35,810 nucleotides of DNA from Polyangiaceae bacterium (GCA_035063585.1 JAPSGB010000044.1:1-35810); one strand, 5' to 3'. Shown: positions 8,976 through 18,441, numbered from the stretch's first letter. The notes: generated from the sequence alone by a model not told the origin. Made by a program: numbers and translations.

Positions 8976-10025
8976 TCAGCCCACCAGCGCGATCGGGCGC
9001 GCGGCGCGCCGCACCGCGGGCCGCCCATCGGTGCGCTTCCGCTCTTCGACGACCACCCGCTCCTCGAGGGGGGTGACCCCGAGCGCGCGCAGCCGCCGGC
9101 GCGTGGTGGCAGCGGCGGCGGGGCTCTCGTCCACGCCGACCGCGCGGCGGCCGAGCCGCGCACACACCGCGAGGGTGGTGCCGCTCCCCGCATAGGGATC
9201 GAGCACCAGTTCCCCGGGGTTGGTGCACGCCTCCACCAACCGCTCGAGTAGGGCCTCCGGTTTTTGCGTCGGATAACCGGTGCGTTCGCGCGCGACCGGC
9301 GCCACGATCCCGATCTCCCAGACGTCGCCGAGCGGCGTGCCGGGCGTCGCGACCTCGCTGCGGCTCGAGCGCGCGCGTCGCCCCTCGACCACCACCGCGC
9401 GCTGCTTGCGGTCGCCCCAGGTCGCGCGCGTGGACGCTGCCAGCGGCTCGTAGAGCTGCCGGAAGCGCGGCCTCGTCTCCGGATCGCGCACGTAGCGCAA
9501 GAGCACGTCGTGCACGCGCTGAAAGTTCGCCGTCTTCGAGGGCCAGCGGCGATAGCGCCACACGATCTCGCTCGCGAAGCAGCCCGGCCCGAACACCTCG
9601 TCGCAGAGCACCTTCGCGTAGTGGCTGGTCTTCGGATCGACGTGCAAGACGAGGCAGCCCTCGGGCGCGAGGAGCGCACGCGCCGCCGCCACGCGCTCGT
9701 GGAGCGCCTGCAGATACTCGCCGAGGTCCGCCCAGCGATCGTCGAAGGCCGGAGACACCGTTCGGCGGACCTTGCCCGTCTCGGGATCGCGCTCGCGCTC
9801 GACTCGCGAGTGCTGCCGCCCGGTAAAGAACGGCGGGTCGAGGTAGGCGAGCGTGAAGCGCGCGTCGCGCTCGGCGAGCGCCCGCATGGCGGCCAGGTTA
9901 TCGCCGAGGACGAGCCCGCAGGCGGGGTCGCCGTCGCGCTCGCGCGCGAGCGCTGGAGCGGGAGCGAGCACGGGCGCGCTCCTTCCCGGCCAGGTGAGCC
10001 GGATCGACGATGAGGGGCTCGGCAT
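8976..10025 (-). CDS. Site-specific DNA methyltransferase (N6/N4, beta-class motif order), no cognate endonuclease adjacent
   Basis: GDNL, AYLDPPF (motif IV) before YPTQKPEALLERLV and VLDPYAGSGTT (motif I). The start is either 10025 or 10058. Confidence 0.9.
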   Translation of the reverse strand: MPSPSSSIRLTWPGRSAPVLAPAPALARERDGDPACGLVLGDNLAAMRALAERDARFTLAYLDPPFFTGRQHSRVERERDPETGKVRRTVSPAFDDRWADLGEYLQALHERVAAARALLAPEGCLVLHVDPKTSHYAKVLCDEVFGPGCFASEIVWRYRRWPSKTANFQRVHDVLLRYVRDPETRPRFRQLYEPLAASTRATWGDRKQRAVVVEGRRARSSRSEVATPGTPLGDVWEIGIVAPVARERTGYPTQKPEALLERLVEACTNPGELVLDPYAGSGTTLAVCARLGRRAVGVDESPAAAATTRRRLRALGVTPLEERVVVEERKRTDGRPAVRRAARPIALVG

Positions 10026-10108
10026 CTCGCGTGAAATCGTACCGGGACTCTTCCTCACTCGGCCAAGTTCCCTTGCGTCGCTCGGGGCCGGCGGTTAGGT
10101 GAACCCCG

Positions 10109-10594
10109 ATGCGCGGCGTCGCCAATCGTGCGCTGTTCCCTCTCGCGGTCCTCGCGCTCACGGCCTCGCTTGCCGGCGCGGGCTGTGAGCGCACGCCGCC
10201 CGACGCGCATCCCGAGGCGGTCGTGAGAGAGTTCATCGAGCGCATGCAGCGGGTCCACGGCGATCCCGCCGCCGGGCGCGCCGTCTACGAGCTCATGTGG
10301 TCGGAGGCAAAGCGCAACCTCGCCGAGCGCGCGGTCCGCGCGAGCGCGGTCTCGGGCCGGAAGGTGGGCCCGGAGGAGATGATCGCGCCGTCGCGGTTCT
10401 CGCTGCGCTTCACGCCGCATCACTATACCGCGCGCATCGACGGCGAGTGGGCCGTGGTCACCGTGACGGGCGAGGCACCCGAGGCTGCTCGTCGCGACGT
10501 CAAGTGCGTCCGCGAGGATGGACACTGGCGCGTCGTGGTCGAGCTACCACCGGTGCCGCAGGTACAAAAGCGGCCCGGCGCCGAGGAGCCGTGA
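10109..10594 (+). CDS. Hypothetical lipoprotein (possibly NTF2-like)
   Basis: Lipobox GAGC, PEAVVREFI and C-terminal VREDGHWRV. Confidence 0.75.
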   Translation: MRGVANRALFPLAVLALTASLAGAGCERTPPDAHPEAVVREFIERMQRVHGDPAAGRAVYELMWSEAKRNLAERAVRASAVSGRKVGPEEMIAPSRFSLRFTPHHYTARIDGEWAVVTVTGEAPEAARRDVKCVREDGHWRVVVELPPVPQVQKRPGAEEP

Positions 10595-10642
10595 CGCGGC
10601 CCCGGGGCGCCGGGAGACGAGCGCGCGCTGGGCGCGCGGACG

Positions 10643-11149
10643 TCAGTTGCTGAAGAAGATCGCCTCGATCTCGTTCTTCACGTCGTCTTCCGTCTGCTCG
10701 CGAGCGACGGCGATCTCTTTCACGATGAGCGTGCGCGCGGTGTCGAGCATGCGCCGTTCACCGAACGAGAGCTGCTTGTTCGCCTTGAGGCGATAGAGAT
10801 CGCGCAGCACCTCCGCGACGTCGTAGATCGAGCCGGTCTTGATCTTGTCCATGAACCCGCGGTAGCGCCGATTCCACGTCTGGGTATCGAACCCGATGGT
10901 GCGCTCCTTCAGGATGTCGAAGATCTCGCGGATCTCCTGCTCGCTGATGACCTGACGCAGGCCGACCGCGTTTGCGTTCGACACGGGCACCATGATCTTC
11001 CGATCGGTGTCCAGGATCCGCAGCACGTAGAACCGCTGACGCGAGCCGGCGATGTCCTTCTCGTCGATGCTGACGACCTCGGCTACGCCCTGCGCGGGGT
11101 ATACCGCCTTGTCACCGACCTTGAACTCAGCATCCTGGCTTGCCTGCAT
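10643..11149 (-). CDS. carD: CarD-family RNA polymerase-binding regulator (CdnL type)
   Basis: FKVGDKAVYPAQGVAEV, conserved Trp in TWNRRYR, AEVLRDL and LSFGERRML; RBS AAGGAG before ATG 11149. Confidence 0.95.
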   Translation of the reverse strand: MQASQDAEFKVGDKAVYPAQGVAEVVSIDEKDIAGSRQRFYVLRILDTDRKIMVPVSNANAVGLRQVISEQEIREIFDILKERTIGFDTQTWNRRYRGFMDKIKTGSIYDVAEVLRDLYRLKANKQLSFGERRMLDTARTLIVKEIAVAREQTEDDVKNEIEAIFFSN

Positions 11150-11392
11150 GACGACTCCTTGTTCGAACCGGCGCCCGCGAGCCACGCTCGCGCGGGGGCC
11201 AAACGCCGAAGGGCTAGGTTTAGTTGCCAAGCCGATTCGCGGGACGACGCTCATCGCGCCAACTGCCCAACGGACCGGAGAAGTTGCTCATTCCTGGAAA
11301 GTGCAAGCGCCCGGCCGATTTCCCGAAGCCCGCCCTCGACGGGTCGACGAGCGGCTGACTCTGAACGAAGATCAGGGAACGCCAGGCGCGAC

Positions 11393-11421
11393 ACTCTAGC
11401 TCTGACCGCGCGTGCTGTCAA
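11393..11421 (-). promoter_or_regulatory. Sigma70-type promoter for carD/cdnL
   Basis: Minus strand TTGACA (11421-11416), 17-nt spacer, TAGAGT (11398-11393). Confidence 0.75.
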
Positions 11422-11545
11422 TCGCTTCACGCTCACCAGCGCTCGGCCGCCCGCCCTGGCCGGGGCGCTCCGCTCCGCGCCCCGACGACCCGACACAGCC
11501 TATCCTGCCACAAAGTTTGACGCGCCGCAACATGCGCGAGGGCGC

Positions 11546-12469
11546 TCAAGCCTGGCCGAGGAGCCCGAGCGCGACGCCCCAGCGCACGCCGCGGTCCGAG
11601 ACGACCATCCGCGGCGCGCTCGCCCACGCGAGGAGCTCCTCGACCAGCGTGGCACCCACCACGATGACGTCGGCGCGGCCGGGCTCGAGCCCCGGGGTTC
11701 CGCGCCGCTCCGACAAACTCATCCCGCCGAGGCGCGCGGTGAGCGCCGACACTGCGCCCTGCGTGAGCACCGCGCCATGCACGCGGCTCGGATCGTACTC
11801 GGTGAGCGCGAGCTCGACGGCCGCGAGCGAGGTGACCGTGCCGGCGACCCCGACCACGGTCACCCCGGCTGGCGGGCGCGGCGCGCTCGTGAGCGCCGCG
11901 CGCACGTCCGCGCGAACTCGCGTGAGCTCGCTCGCGGACGGCGGATCGCTCGCGACGTGCCGCTCGAAGAGCCGCACGCTGCCGATATCGAGGCTCACGG
12001 CGCTCGCCACCCTCGCGCGGCCCCCTTCGCGCGCGCCGCTCACGAGCTCGGTGCTCCCGCCGCCGATGTCGAAGACCAGCAGCGCTCCGTCGAGCTCGAG
12101 CCCGGAGGTCGCGCCCGCGAAGGTCAGCCGCGCCTCCTCCTCGCCGGCGATCACCCGCGGGCGCACGCCGAGCAGCCGCTCCGCTTCCTTCAGGAACGTC
12201 TCGCCCCCGCGCGCGTCGCGGAGCGCGCTGGTCCCGACCACGTCGAGCCGCTCGGCCCCCGCGCGCCGGAGCTCCTCCGCGTAATCGGCCAAGCAGGTAA
12301 GGGTGCGCGCGCTCGCCTCGGGCGCGAGCGCGTGAGTGCGATCGACGCCCTTGCCGAGCCGCGTGATGGTGGCGCGCTCGACGAGCGCGCGGGCGCCGGC
12401 GCCGTCCGCCTCGAGCACCAAGAGCAGCACCGTGTTGGTGCCGATGTCGATGGCCGCGACGCGCCTCAT
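11546..12469 (-). CDS. Ppx/GppA family phosphatase
   Basis: AAIDIGTNT, TSALRDA, EEEARLTF, DIGGGSTE, GRADVI and VSDRGVRWG. Confidence 0.93.
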   Translation of the reverse strand: MRRVAAIDIGTNTVLLLVLEADGAGARALVERATITRLGKGVDRTHALAPEASARTLTCLADYAEELRRAGAERLDVVGTSALRDARGGETFLKEAERLLGVRPRVIAGEEEARLTFAGATSGLELDGALLVFDIGGGSTELVSGAREGGRARVASAVSLDIGSVRLFERHVASDPPSASELTRVRADVRAALTSAPRPPAGVTVVGVAGTVTSLAAVELALTEYDPSRVHGAVLTQGAVSALTARLGGMSLSERRGTPGLEPGRADVIVVGATLVEELLAWASAPRMVVSDRGVRWGVALGLLGQA

Positions 12470-12483
12470 CCGCTCGCCGCGCG

Positions 12484-13311
12484 CTATTGCGCGAGGCTGT
12501 TCAGGTTCAACATCTCTTCGACGTTGGGCAGCACCACGAGCTCGACACGCCGGTTCTTCTGCCGTCCGTCGTCGGTGTCGTTGCTGGCGACCGGATCGGT
12601 GTCGGCGTACCCGGCCGCGCTCCACTTCGTCTGATCGAGGCCGCCGCCGTCGTCGCCGACGGGCTTGGTCAAATACAGGAGCACCGAGCGCGCACGCATC
12701 GCGGAGAGGCCCCAGTTGTCACCGAAGCGCCCGCCCGTGAGCGGCTTGCTGTCGGTGTGCCCGGCGACCTGGAACTCTCGCTTGCTGAGCTCCGCGTCGC
12801 CGCGGATGGCCTCGGCGACCTTGCCGAGGATCTCGAGGCCCTCCTTCTTCAGCTTGTCCGACCCGGAGTCGAAGAGGACGTCGCCCGGGAGCTGGATCAC
12901 CATGCGGTTCTGACGGACCTCGACCTTCAGCCCGAGCTTGGTGAGCTGCTGGAGCTTGTCGCGCAGGAGCTCGAAGCGCTTGCGGATCACGTCGAGCTGC
13001 TCGGCGCGACGCCGATACTCTTCGAGCGCCTTCCTCTGCTGCTCGAGGCTCTGGGAGAGGTTGTCGAGATTCACCCCGCGCGCCTTCAGCTTCTCCTTGA
13101 GATCCGCGATCTCCTTGGTCGCGTCGCTGTAGTCGCCCTCGCACTTCTTGTACTGCTGCTGCTGCGCGGCGAGCTGGTTGCGGAGGCTCTCGTTCTCGCG
13201 AGTCTTCTGGTCCCACTCCTCCTGCGAGTAGCCGCACCCGGCGGCCAGGAAGGGGAGGACGCCTGCCATCACCGCGACGCGAACGCGTCGGCTGGAGCCG
13301 ATTTTCTTCAT
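12484..13311 (-). CDS. OmpA/MotB-family lipoprotein with coiled coil
   Basis: Lipobox AAGC, coiled coil, VLFDSG, VAGHTD, NWGLSAMRA and KNRRVELV. Confidence 0.9.
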   Translation of the reverse strand: MKKIGSSRRVRVAVMAGVLPFLAAGCGYSQEEWDQKTRENESLRNQLAAQQQQYKKCEGDYSDATKEIADLKEKLKARGVNLDNLSQSLEQQRKALEEYRRRAEQLDVIRKRFELLRDKLQQLTKLGLKVEVRQNRMVIQLPGDVLFDSGSDKLKKEGLEILGKVAEAIRGDAELSKREFQVAGHTDSKPLTGGRFGDNWGLSAMRARSVLLYLTKPVGDDGGGLDQTKWSAAGYADTDPVASNDTDDGRQKNRRVELVVLPNVEEMLNLNSLAQ

Positions 13312-13523
13312 GTTGATTCTTCCGAGGGGTGTCGGTCCGGCGCGGAACCGCGAGCACCCGCCTAACTCCCCGGGCCAGCCGTCGTCAAGTGCCATGATTT
13401 CGCGCCATTACCGTCCCGGCCGCGCGCGCGCCGCGACCCCTGAAAGGGTGTCTCGTCTGCACGAGTTGCGGCCCGAAGCGGCGGGCTTGCTCGCTCTCGT
13501 CGAGCCCCTGTGAAGAAATTTCG

Positions 13524-13553
13524 TTGACACATCACAATAGGTGGCAATATACG
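13524..13553 (+). promoter_or_regulatory. Probable sigma70 promoter for the histone-like gene
   Basis: Perfect TTGACA at 13524-13529 in an AT-rich patch and candidate -10 TATACG at 13548-13553 (18-nt spacer). A GGAGG RBS precedes ATG 13615. Confidence 0.55.
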
Positions 13554-13614
13554 TCGTGCAACATACCGCGGAAGGGGCCTCTCATGCCCTGACCGCACTC
13601 GCAGGAGGCATCCG

Positions 13615-13800
13615 ATGGCCGCTAAGAAGACCAAGACCAAGACCGCTCGCAAGCCCGCCGCCAAGAAGGCCCCGAAGGTCGCCAAGAAGCGCACCGCCAA
13701 GAAGCGGACCGCCAAGAAGGCCGGCAAGAAGACCGCCAAGAAGCGCACCGCCAAGAAGGCGACCAAGCGCAAGGCGCGCGCCAAGAAGACCGCGGCCTGA
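13615..13800 (+). CDS. Small Lys/Ala-rich histone H1-like nucleoid protein (61 aa)
   Basis: MAAKKTKTKTARKPAAKKAPKVAKKRTAKK…, strong RBS and AAG/GCC codon bias. Confidence 0.85.
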   Translation: MAAKKTKTKTARKPAAKKAPKVAKKRTAKKRTAKKAGKKTAKKRTAKKATKRKARAKKTAA

Positions 13801-13808
13801 GCGCGGGG

Positions 13809-14096
13809 GTGACGGGCGCGCTCGCCGGCTTCCCGCGCACGCTGCGTGGGCCGAACCCGACGAGGCGCCCCGAGCTCGAGGAGGGGGTTCCGGCGCTGCT
13901 CCAAGCGCCGGGCCGGGGCGGCGCCCCGATGGGACGCTGCCCGACCCCGATGTCGCGACCGCGGCTCGCGCCCGACCGGGCGTGGAGCCGACCGAGCCGC
14001 TCCTGAGAGCGGGCTTCGTCGCGACAGCGAGCACGCGGGTGGGGAGGGCTCGAGTGTGAGTGCCCGCGTGCTCGTTCGGAGCATCGAGCCCGTCAT
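13809..14096. ncRNA. Candidate structured RNA or 3' UTR element (unassigned)
   Basis: Nested stems read by eye: 13809-20/14085-96, 13832-39/13843-50, 13890-97/13904-11, 13916-27/13931-42, 13951-59/14018-26 (enclosing two hairpins) and 14027-40/14062-75. Confidence 0.4.
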
Positions 14097-14109
14097 CGGG
14101 CCTCGCGGC

Positions 14110-15717
14110 TCACTCGCCGAGGTAGAGCTTCAGGCTCTGCGCGGCCGCGCGGCGGTCGAACGGCACGCCCTCGAGGACGTCGCGCTTCGAGATGTCGTCG
14201 AAGAGGCTCTGAAGGAAGCCGCGAAACGCCACGCACTCGTCGATGGCGCTCTCGAGCCTCGCGGGATCCACCAGATCGGTGTCCTCGAGTCGGCTCATGG
14301 CCGTCATGAAGGCGTCGAAGCGCGGGTAGTCCGCAGAGCGGAGCAGGGGGTAGCCCATGGCACGGAAGTACGCGAGAAACTCGCGGACGTACTGGAAGTC
14401 GTAGACGGCCGCCCAGCGGTCCTCGGACGGTGAGTGCTGCGCCTTGGTAGAGAACGCGCGCACGATCTGAGCGAACATCCAGATGTCGCGGCGGAGCCGC
14501 TCGCTCGTCTCGCGGCGCGCGGCCGCGTCGTCGAACACGCCACCCTCCTCGAGACTCACGCCGAGCGCGCGCCCGAGGAAGAGGATCTCGTTCTGGAGCG
14601 CCGGGCGGAGATTGCCGAGCGCGGCCTTCAGCGACGCGCGCAGCTCCTGATCGCTCACGCCGGCGTCGAGCGCGGGGAGATCGTGCTGGAACGCTCGCCG
14701 CATCTCCAGCCGAAGGTTTCCCGCGATACCCTCGAGCGCGCTCTTGATGGCGATGAGCCGGTGGCCGAGGGCGCGCAGCTCCGCCGCTCTCTCGCGCACG
14801 TCGCCCGCGGGGGTTCCGAAGAGATCGCGCTCGAAGCTGCTCGCCAAGAGCCGCCCGGCGTGCCGGCGCAGGTAGTCGCTGAGCGCGCGGGCGTCGGAGC
14901 GCAGCACGCTGAGGATGAGGTAGGCGCGGCCCGCGACGCGACGGCGCCGCCCGCCGCTCTCTACCGCGAGCCGCCCGAGCAACTTCAGATAGCGGAGCAT
15001 GCGGAAGAGCGCGAGAAAGGTGAGCACCACCAGCTGGTGCGCCTCGTCGCCGCGCACGCTGCGGATGAGCTCGAGCACCTGCGAGGAGCGGATTCGATCG
15101 AACTCCGGGCGAAACTCCAGCGCGGTGAGCGGGTTGAAGAAGTGGTTTCGCGATACCTCGCGCTGAGTGACGCTCATCGCCGCGTAGAAGAGCCGAAACG
15201 GCACGCGCTGCGCGCGGAGGAGCCCCTCGACGATCTCGATGTGGCTGCTGAGCGCCTGGCGGATTGCGATCAGGCTCTCCTCCGGTGCGCCTTGCGCGGC
15301 GGACTCCCCCGCGAGCCGCGAGCGCGCGGTGTCCTCCGGGAGCACCGTCTCGAGATAACGCTGGAACACTACCGCGCGATCGCGCGGCCCGAGCAGTTGT
15401 CGCGCGAGCCCGACCACCCGCTCCATCCCGTCGTGGAAGGCGATGGTCGCCTCGCGGAAATCCTGAGCGACGACCGGCGCGCGGCGCGGAGGGCCGGGGT
15501 GGTTGCGCGGGTTCGAGAAGCATCCGGAGGCCTTGAGCAGCACCTCGAGCTCGAAGAGGAGCTCCTCCTTGCCCTCCACCGCGAGGCCCGCGAACCAGGC
15601 GTCCCGCGCCGCCCGCTGCTCGCGCGCGAGCTGGCGCGTCCCGCTGAGGAGCCCGACGTAGGCGTCGTCGTCCGGGATCGACCCCATCGCCTTTCGTGCC
15701 GGAGCGGTGTCGACCAT
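14110..15717 (-). CDS. Hypothetical protein, all-helical, 535 aa
   Basis: Long ORF with host-like codon usage directly downstream of the MMPL gene; no motif recognised. Confidence 0.8.
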   Translation of the reverse strand: MVDTAPARKAMGSIPDDDAYVGLLSGTRQLAREQRAARDAWFAGLAVEGKEELLFELEVLLKASGCFSNPRNHPGPPRRAPVVAQDFREATIAFHDGMERVVGLARQLLGPRDRAVVFQRYLETVLPEDTARSRLAGESAAQGAPEESLIAIRQALSSHIEIVEGLLRAQRVPFRLFYAAMSVTQREVSRNHFFNPLTALEFRPEFDRIRSSQVLELIRSVRGDEAHQLVVLTFLALFRMLRYLKLLGRLAVESGGRRRRVAGRAYLILSVLRSDARALSDYLRRHAGRLLASSFERDLFGTPAGDVRERAAELRALGHRLIAIKSALEGIAGNLRLEMRRAFQHDLPALDAGVSDQELRASLKAALGNLRPALQNEILFLGRALGVSLEEGGVFDDAAARRETSERLRRDIWMFAQIVRAFSTKAQHSPSEDRWAAVYDFQYVREFLAYFRAMGYPLLRSADYPRFDAFMTAMSRLEDTDLVDPARLESAIDECVAFRGFLQSLFDDISKRDVLEGVPFDRRAAAQSLKLYLGE

Positions 15718-15774
15718 CGCGCTCGGCGACTCTCGCAGCTTTCTCGGTCGCGGCCAAGGGACCGCGTCCCGTCG

Positions 15775-18324
15775 TCAGCGGTTCTTTCGCCGGAATGAGT
15801 CCGGGACCACGCCGTCCGGCAAGGTCAGGATGCGGACGCGATGGCGGCGTGCGCGCCAGAAGAGGAGCGCCGGCAGCACCAGCATCGCCGCGAGCAACGT
15901 GGTGAGCTCGCCGACCGCCGCGGCGAGCCCGAAGCTGTGGACGGCGCGGTTGATGCTGAGGGTGAGCGCGATATAGCCGAGGACGGTGGTGAGCGAGCAG
16001 AGCACCACCGCGCCGCCCGTCTCCACGAACACGCGATAGAGCTGCGCGTCGCCCTCGATGTCTCGCCGCTTCATCACGTTCACGGCGTAGTCCGCGCCCA
16101 CTCCGATGCTGATCGGTAGGGCGACGAAGTTGAGGAAATTCAGCTTGATGTCGCGGAGCGCGAGGAACGCGACCAGCCACGCGATGCCGAGCAGCAAGGT
16201 GCCGAGCGCCGCCCATCCGGAGGGGCGACCGCGGAACGCCAGGAGCACGATGAGGAGCGTGCCGACGAGACTGAAGCCGACCGCCTTGGGGGCGTCCTCC
16301 GACACGTTGATCAGCATGTCGGCGAAAATCACCGGGTCGCCGGAGCCGCGGATGAGGTGTCCGTTCGGCAGCTTCACCTCGCGGAAGCTGTCCGCCCAGG
16401 CGAGCAGATAGTGCGCGTCGTAGACGCTCCGCCCTTCGGTGGGGACGATGTACACGATGCGCCCGCGCGTGCCGTCCTTCTCCTCGAAGGCTCGCGCGAC
16501 CTGCTCGGGCAGGTCGGCGATCCCGAGCGCGGTGAGTCGCTCCGGGATCTCGGGGGCGAGCTTCTTCCAGTCCGCGTCGGAGATGAAGCCGCGCTCGTGG
16601 GCGCGGGTGATGCGAGCCTTCAGCTCGGTGAGGAGCTCGATCTTCCTTGCCTGATCTTGCGGGAGCAGGTCGTAGATGCTGACCACGCGGCTGAACGGCT
16701 TCTCCTGCTTCGGGGCCGCGTCGCGCCGCCGCTCGAGCTCGGTGACGAGCGGCTTCACGTCCGCGAGGTCGTCCACCAGGATGGCGCGCCCGTCCTGGCC
16801 GAGCCGCCCGACGAACTTGTCGACCCGCACCGAGAGCGTGCCCGCCGCGGTCGGCGAGAGGCGCTCGTTGCGCACGTTGGCTAGATCGTACTCCATCGGA
16901 TCGTGCGCGAAGTAGCGCACCGCGAGGACCACCGAAGCCGCGCCGAGCGCGAGCCCCACGACGGCGATCACGCGAGGGAACTTGCGCGCCAGGAGCGCGA
17001 ACGGGTAGCCGTAGATCCCTCGAAGTCGCGCGCGCCAGCTCAGCGTCTCGCCGTACATCGGGCTCATTCGCTCGGTGATGACCAGGATGGCGGGCAAGAG
17101 CGAGTAGGTGGCGAGCCAGCAGAGGAGCATGCCCGCGCCGCCGATGATACCGAAGTGCTTGAAGCCGCGAAAATCCGTGGCGGCGAGCGAGCCGTAGGCG
17201 ATCATCGCCGCGCCCGCCGCCGCGAGCGTCGCGGTGTGGGTGTCGCGGTGCGAGGTGCGGATCGACTCCGCGACGTCGAGCTTCTCGTCCCGGCGCGCCT
17301 CGATGTAACGCGCCATGAAGATGATGCTGAAGTTGATCCCGTTGCCGGCGATGATGCTGACCAGGAACCCGGTCGCCATGTTGAGGTAGCCGACGGTCAG
17401 CTTCGCCACACCGAACGACCAGAGGCACCCGGTCAAGATGGTGAGCGACATCGTAATCAGGGTTCGGAAGCGCAAGAAATACAGGAACACGATCCCGAGG
17501 ATCAGCCCCACGCCCCACATGCCGACGTGCGCGAGATCGCCGGTGACCGCCGCGTGCTCCTCGGCGCTCGTCACCAGATTTCCGGTGAACTCGACCTCGA
17601 GCGAAGGGTCCCACCGCTCCGGCGCGACCTTGGCCACGATCTCGCGGATCTTCTCCTTCAGCTCGAACGCCTTCGGGTCGCCGCTCCCGAGCGGGGTGCG
17701 GACCAGGATGGCCGCCAAGTGGCCGCCCTCGCCGATGTAGTAGCCGTCCACACCAGGGGTGGCCCGCTTCGCCTCCGCGACCTTCTTCGCGAAGCGCTTC
17801 TCGAGCGACTCGGCGGTGATCGGCGCGGGCGCGGCGTCGTCGTCCTCGTCGAGCTCGAGGTCGAAGCCGGTCTTCTTGCCGACCTCGTAGTCGTAGCGGG
17901 CGATGACGTCGTCGTGCAGCTGCTCGATGTCGGCGAGATCCGCGTAGAGGTACTTGTATTTCTCGAAGAAGGCGCGGGTCGCGCGGGTGCCGTCGTCGAC
18001 GCCGGCGACCAGGTCCGGGGGGAGCTCGCGGAGCCTCGGCGCCACCTCGTCGACGAAGCGCTTCAGCGACTCGGCGTCCTTGCCCTGCGCCACCACGGTG
18101 AGCGTGGAGGTCCCGGCGAGCCGCCGGTTCACGCGTCGCATTTCGACCACACTCGGCTTCGAGTCGGGCAGGAGCTCGCTGAAGCCGGTCTTGAGCTCGA
18201 GCCGCGAGGTGGCAAATCCCGCTGGAATCAGCGAGAGCAGCACCAAGAGGACGACCACCCACGGTCTTCGGAGCTGGCGCTCGGCCAGCCACATCAGCAG
18301 CGGTTCGAGGAGCGGGCGACGCAT
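15775..18324 (-). CDS. MMPL/RND-family transporter
   Basis: Two repeats of one TM, a periplasmic loop and five TMs; IIAGNGINFSII and ISIGVGADYAVNV motifs; ATG at 18324. Confidence 0.92.
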   Translation of the reverse strand: MRRPLLEPLLMWLAERQLRRPWVVVLLVLLSLIPAGFATSRLELKTGFSELLPDSKPSVVEMRRVNRRLAGTSTLTVVAQGKDAESLKRFVDEVAPRLRELPPDLVAGVDDGTRATRAFFEKYKYLYADLADIEQLHDDVIARYDYEVGKKTGFDLELDEDDDAAPAPITAESLEKRFAKKVAEAKRATPGVDGYYIGEGGHLAAILVRTPLGSGDPKAFELKEKIREIVAKVAPERWDPSLEVEFTGNLVTSAEEHAAVTGDLAHVGMWGVGLILGIVFLYFLRFRTLITMSLTILTGCLWSFGVAKLTVGYLNMATGFLVSIIAGNGINFSIIFMARYIEARRDEKLDVAESIRTSHRDTHTATLAAAGAAMIAYGSLAATDFRGFKHFGIIGGAGMLLCWLATYSLLPAILVITERMSPMYGETLSWRARLRGIYGYPFALLARKFPRVIAVVGLALGAASVVLAVRYFAHDPMEYDLANVRNERLSPTAAGTLSVRVDKFVGRLGQDGRAILVDDLADVKPLVTELERRRDAAPKQEKPFSRVVSIYDLLPQDQARKIELLTELKARITRAHERGFISDADWKKLAPEIPERLTALGIADLPEQVARAFEEKDGTRGRIVYIVPTEGRSVYDAHYLLAWADSFREVKLPNGHLIRGSGDPVIFADMLINVSEDAPKAVGFSLVGTLLIVLLAFRGRPSGWAALGTLLLGIAWLVAFLALRDIKLNFLNFVALPISIGVGADYAVNVMKRRDIEGDAQLYRVFVETGGAVVLCSLTTVLGYIALTLSINRAVHSFGLAAAVGELTTLLAAMLVLPALLFWRARRHRVRILTLPDGVVPDSFRRKNR

Positions 18325-18441
18325 GGTTGAGGGGCCACTTTGCAGCGCGCGTGCCAAGTCGGCGCGCGCCGGCACCCTAGCATCTTCGCCGCGAAGGACG
18401 CGAAGAGGGAGCGCGCCCCGCCGCCGGCCGCGCCGCCCAGC

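Noticed and set aside
12484..13311. Flagellar motor locus (MotB together with FliH)
   Set aside because: There is no MotA partner, and the protein has a lipobox and coiled coil rather than the MotB TM Asp motif. It lies about 17 kb from the FliH-like gene.
14093..18292. 1399-aa minus-strand ORF and the many other long Arg/Ala/Pro-rich overlapping ORFs
   Set aside because: These are alternative-frame or antisense shadows of real genes, expected in very GC-rich DNA, and carry no motifs.
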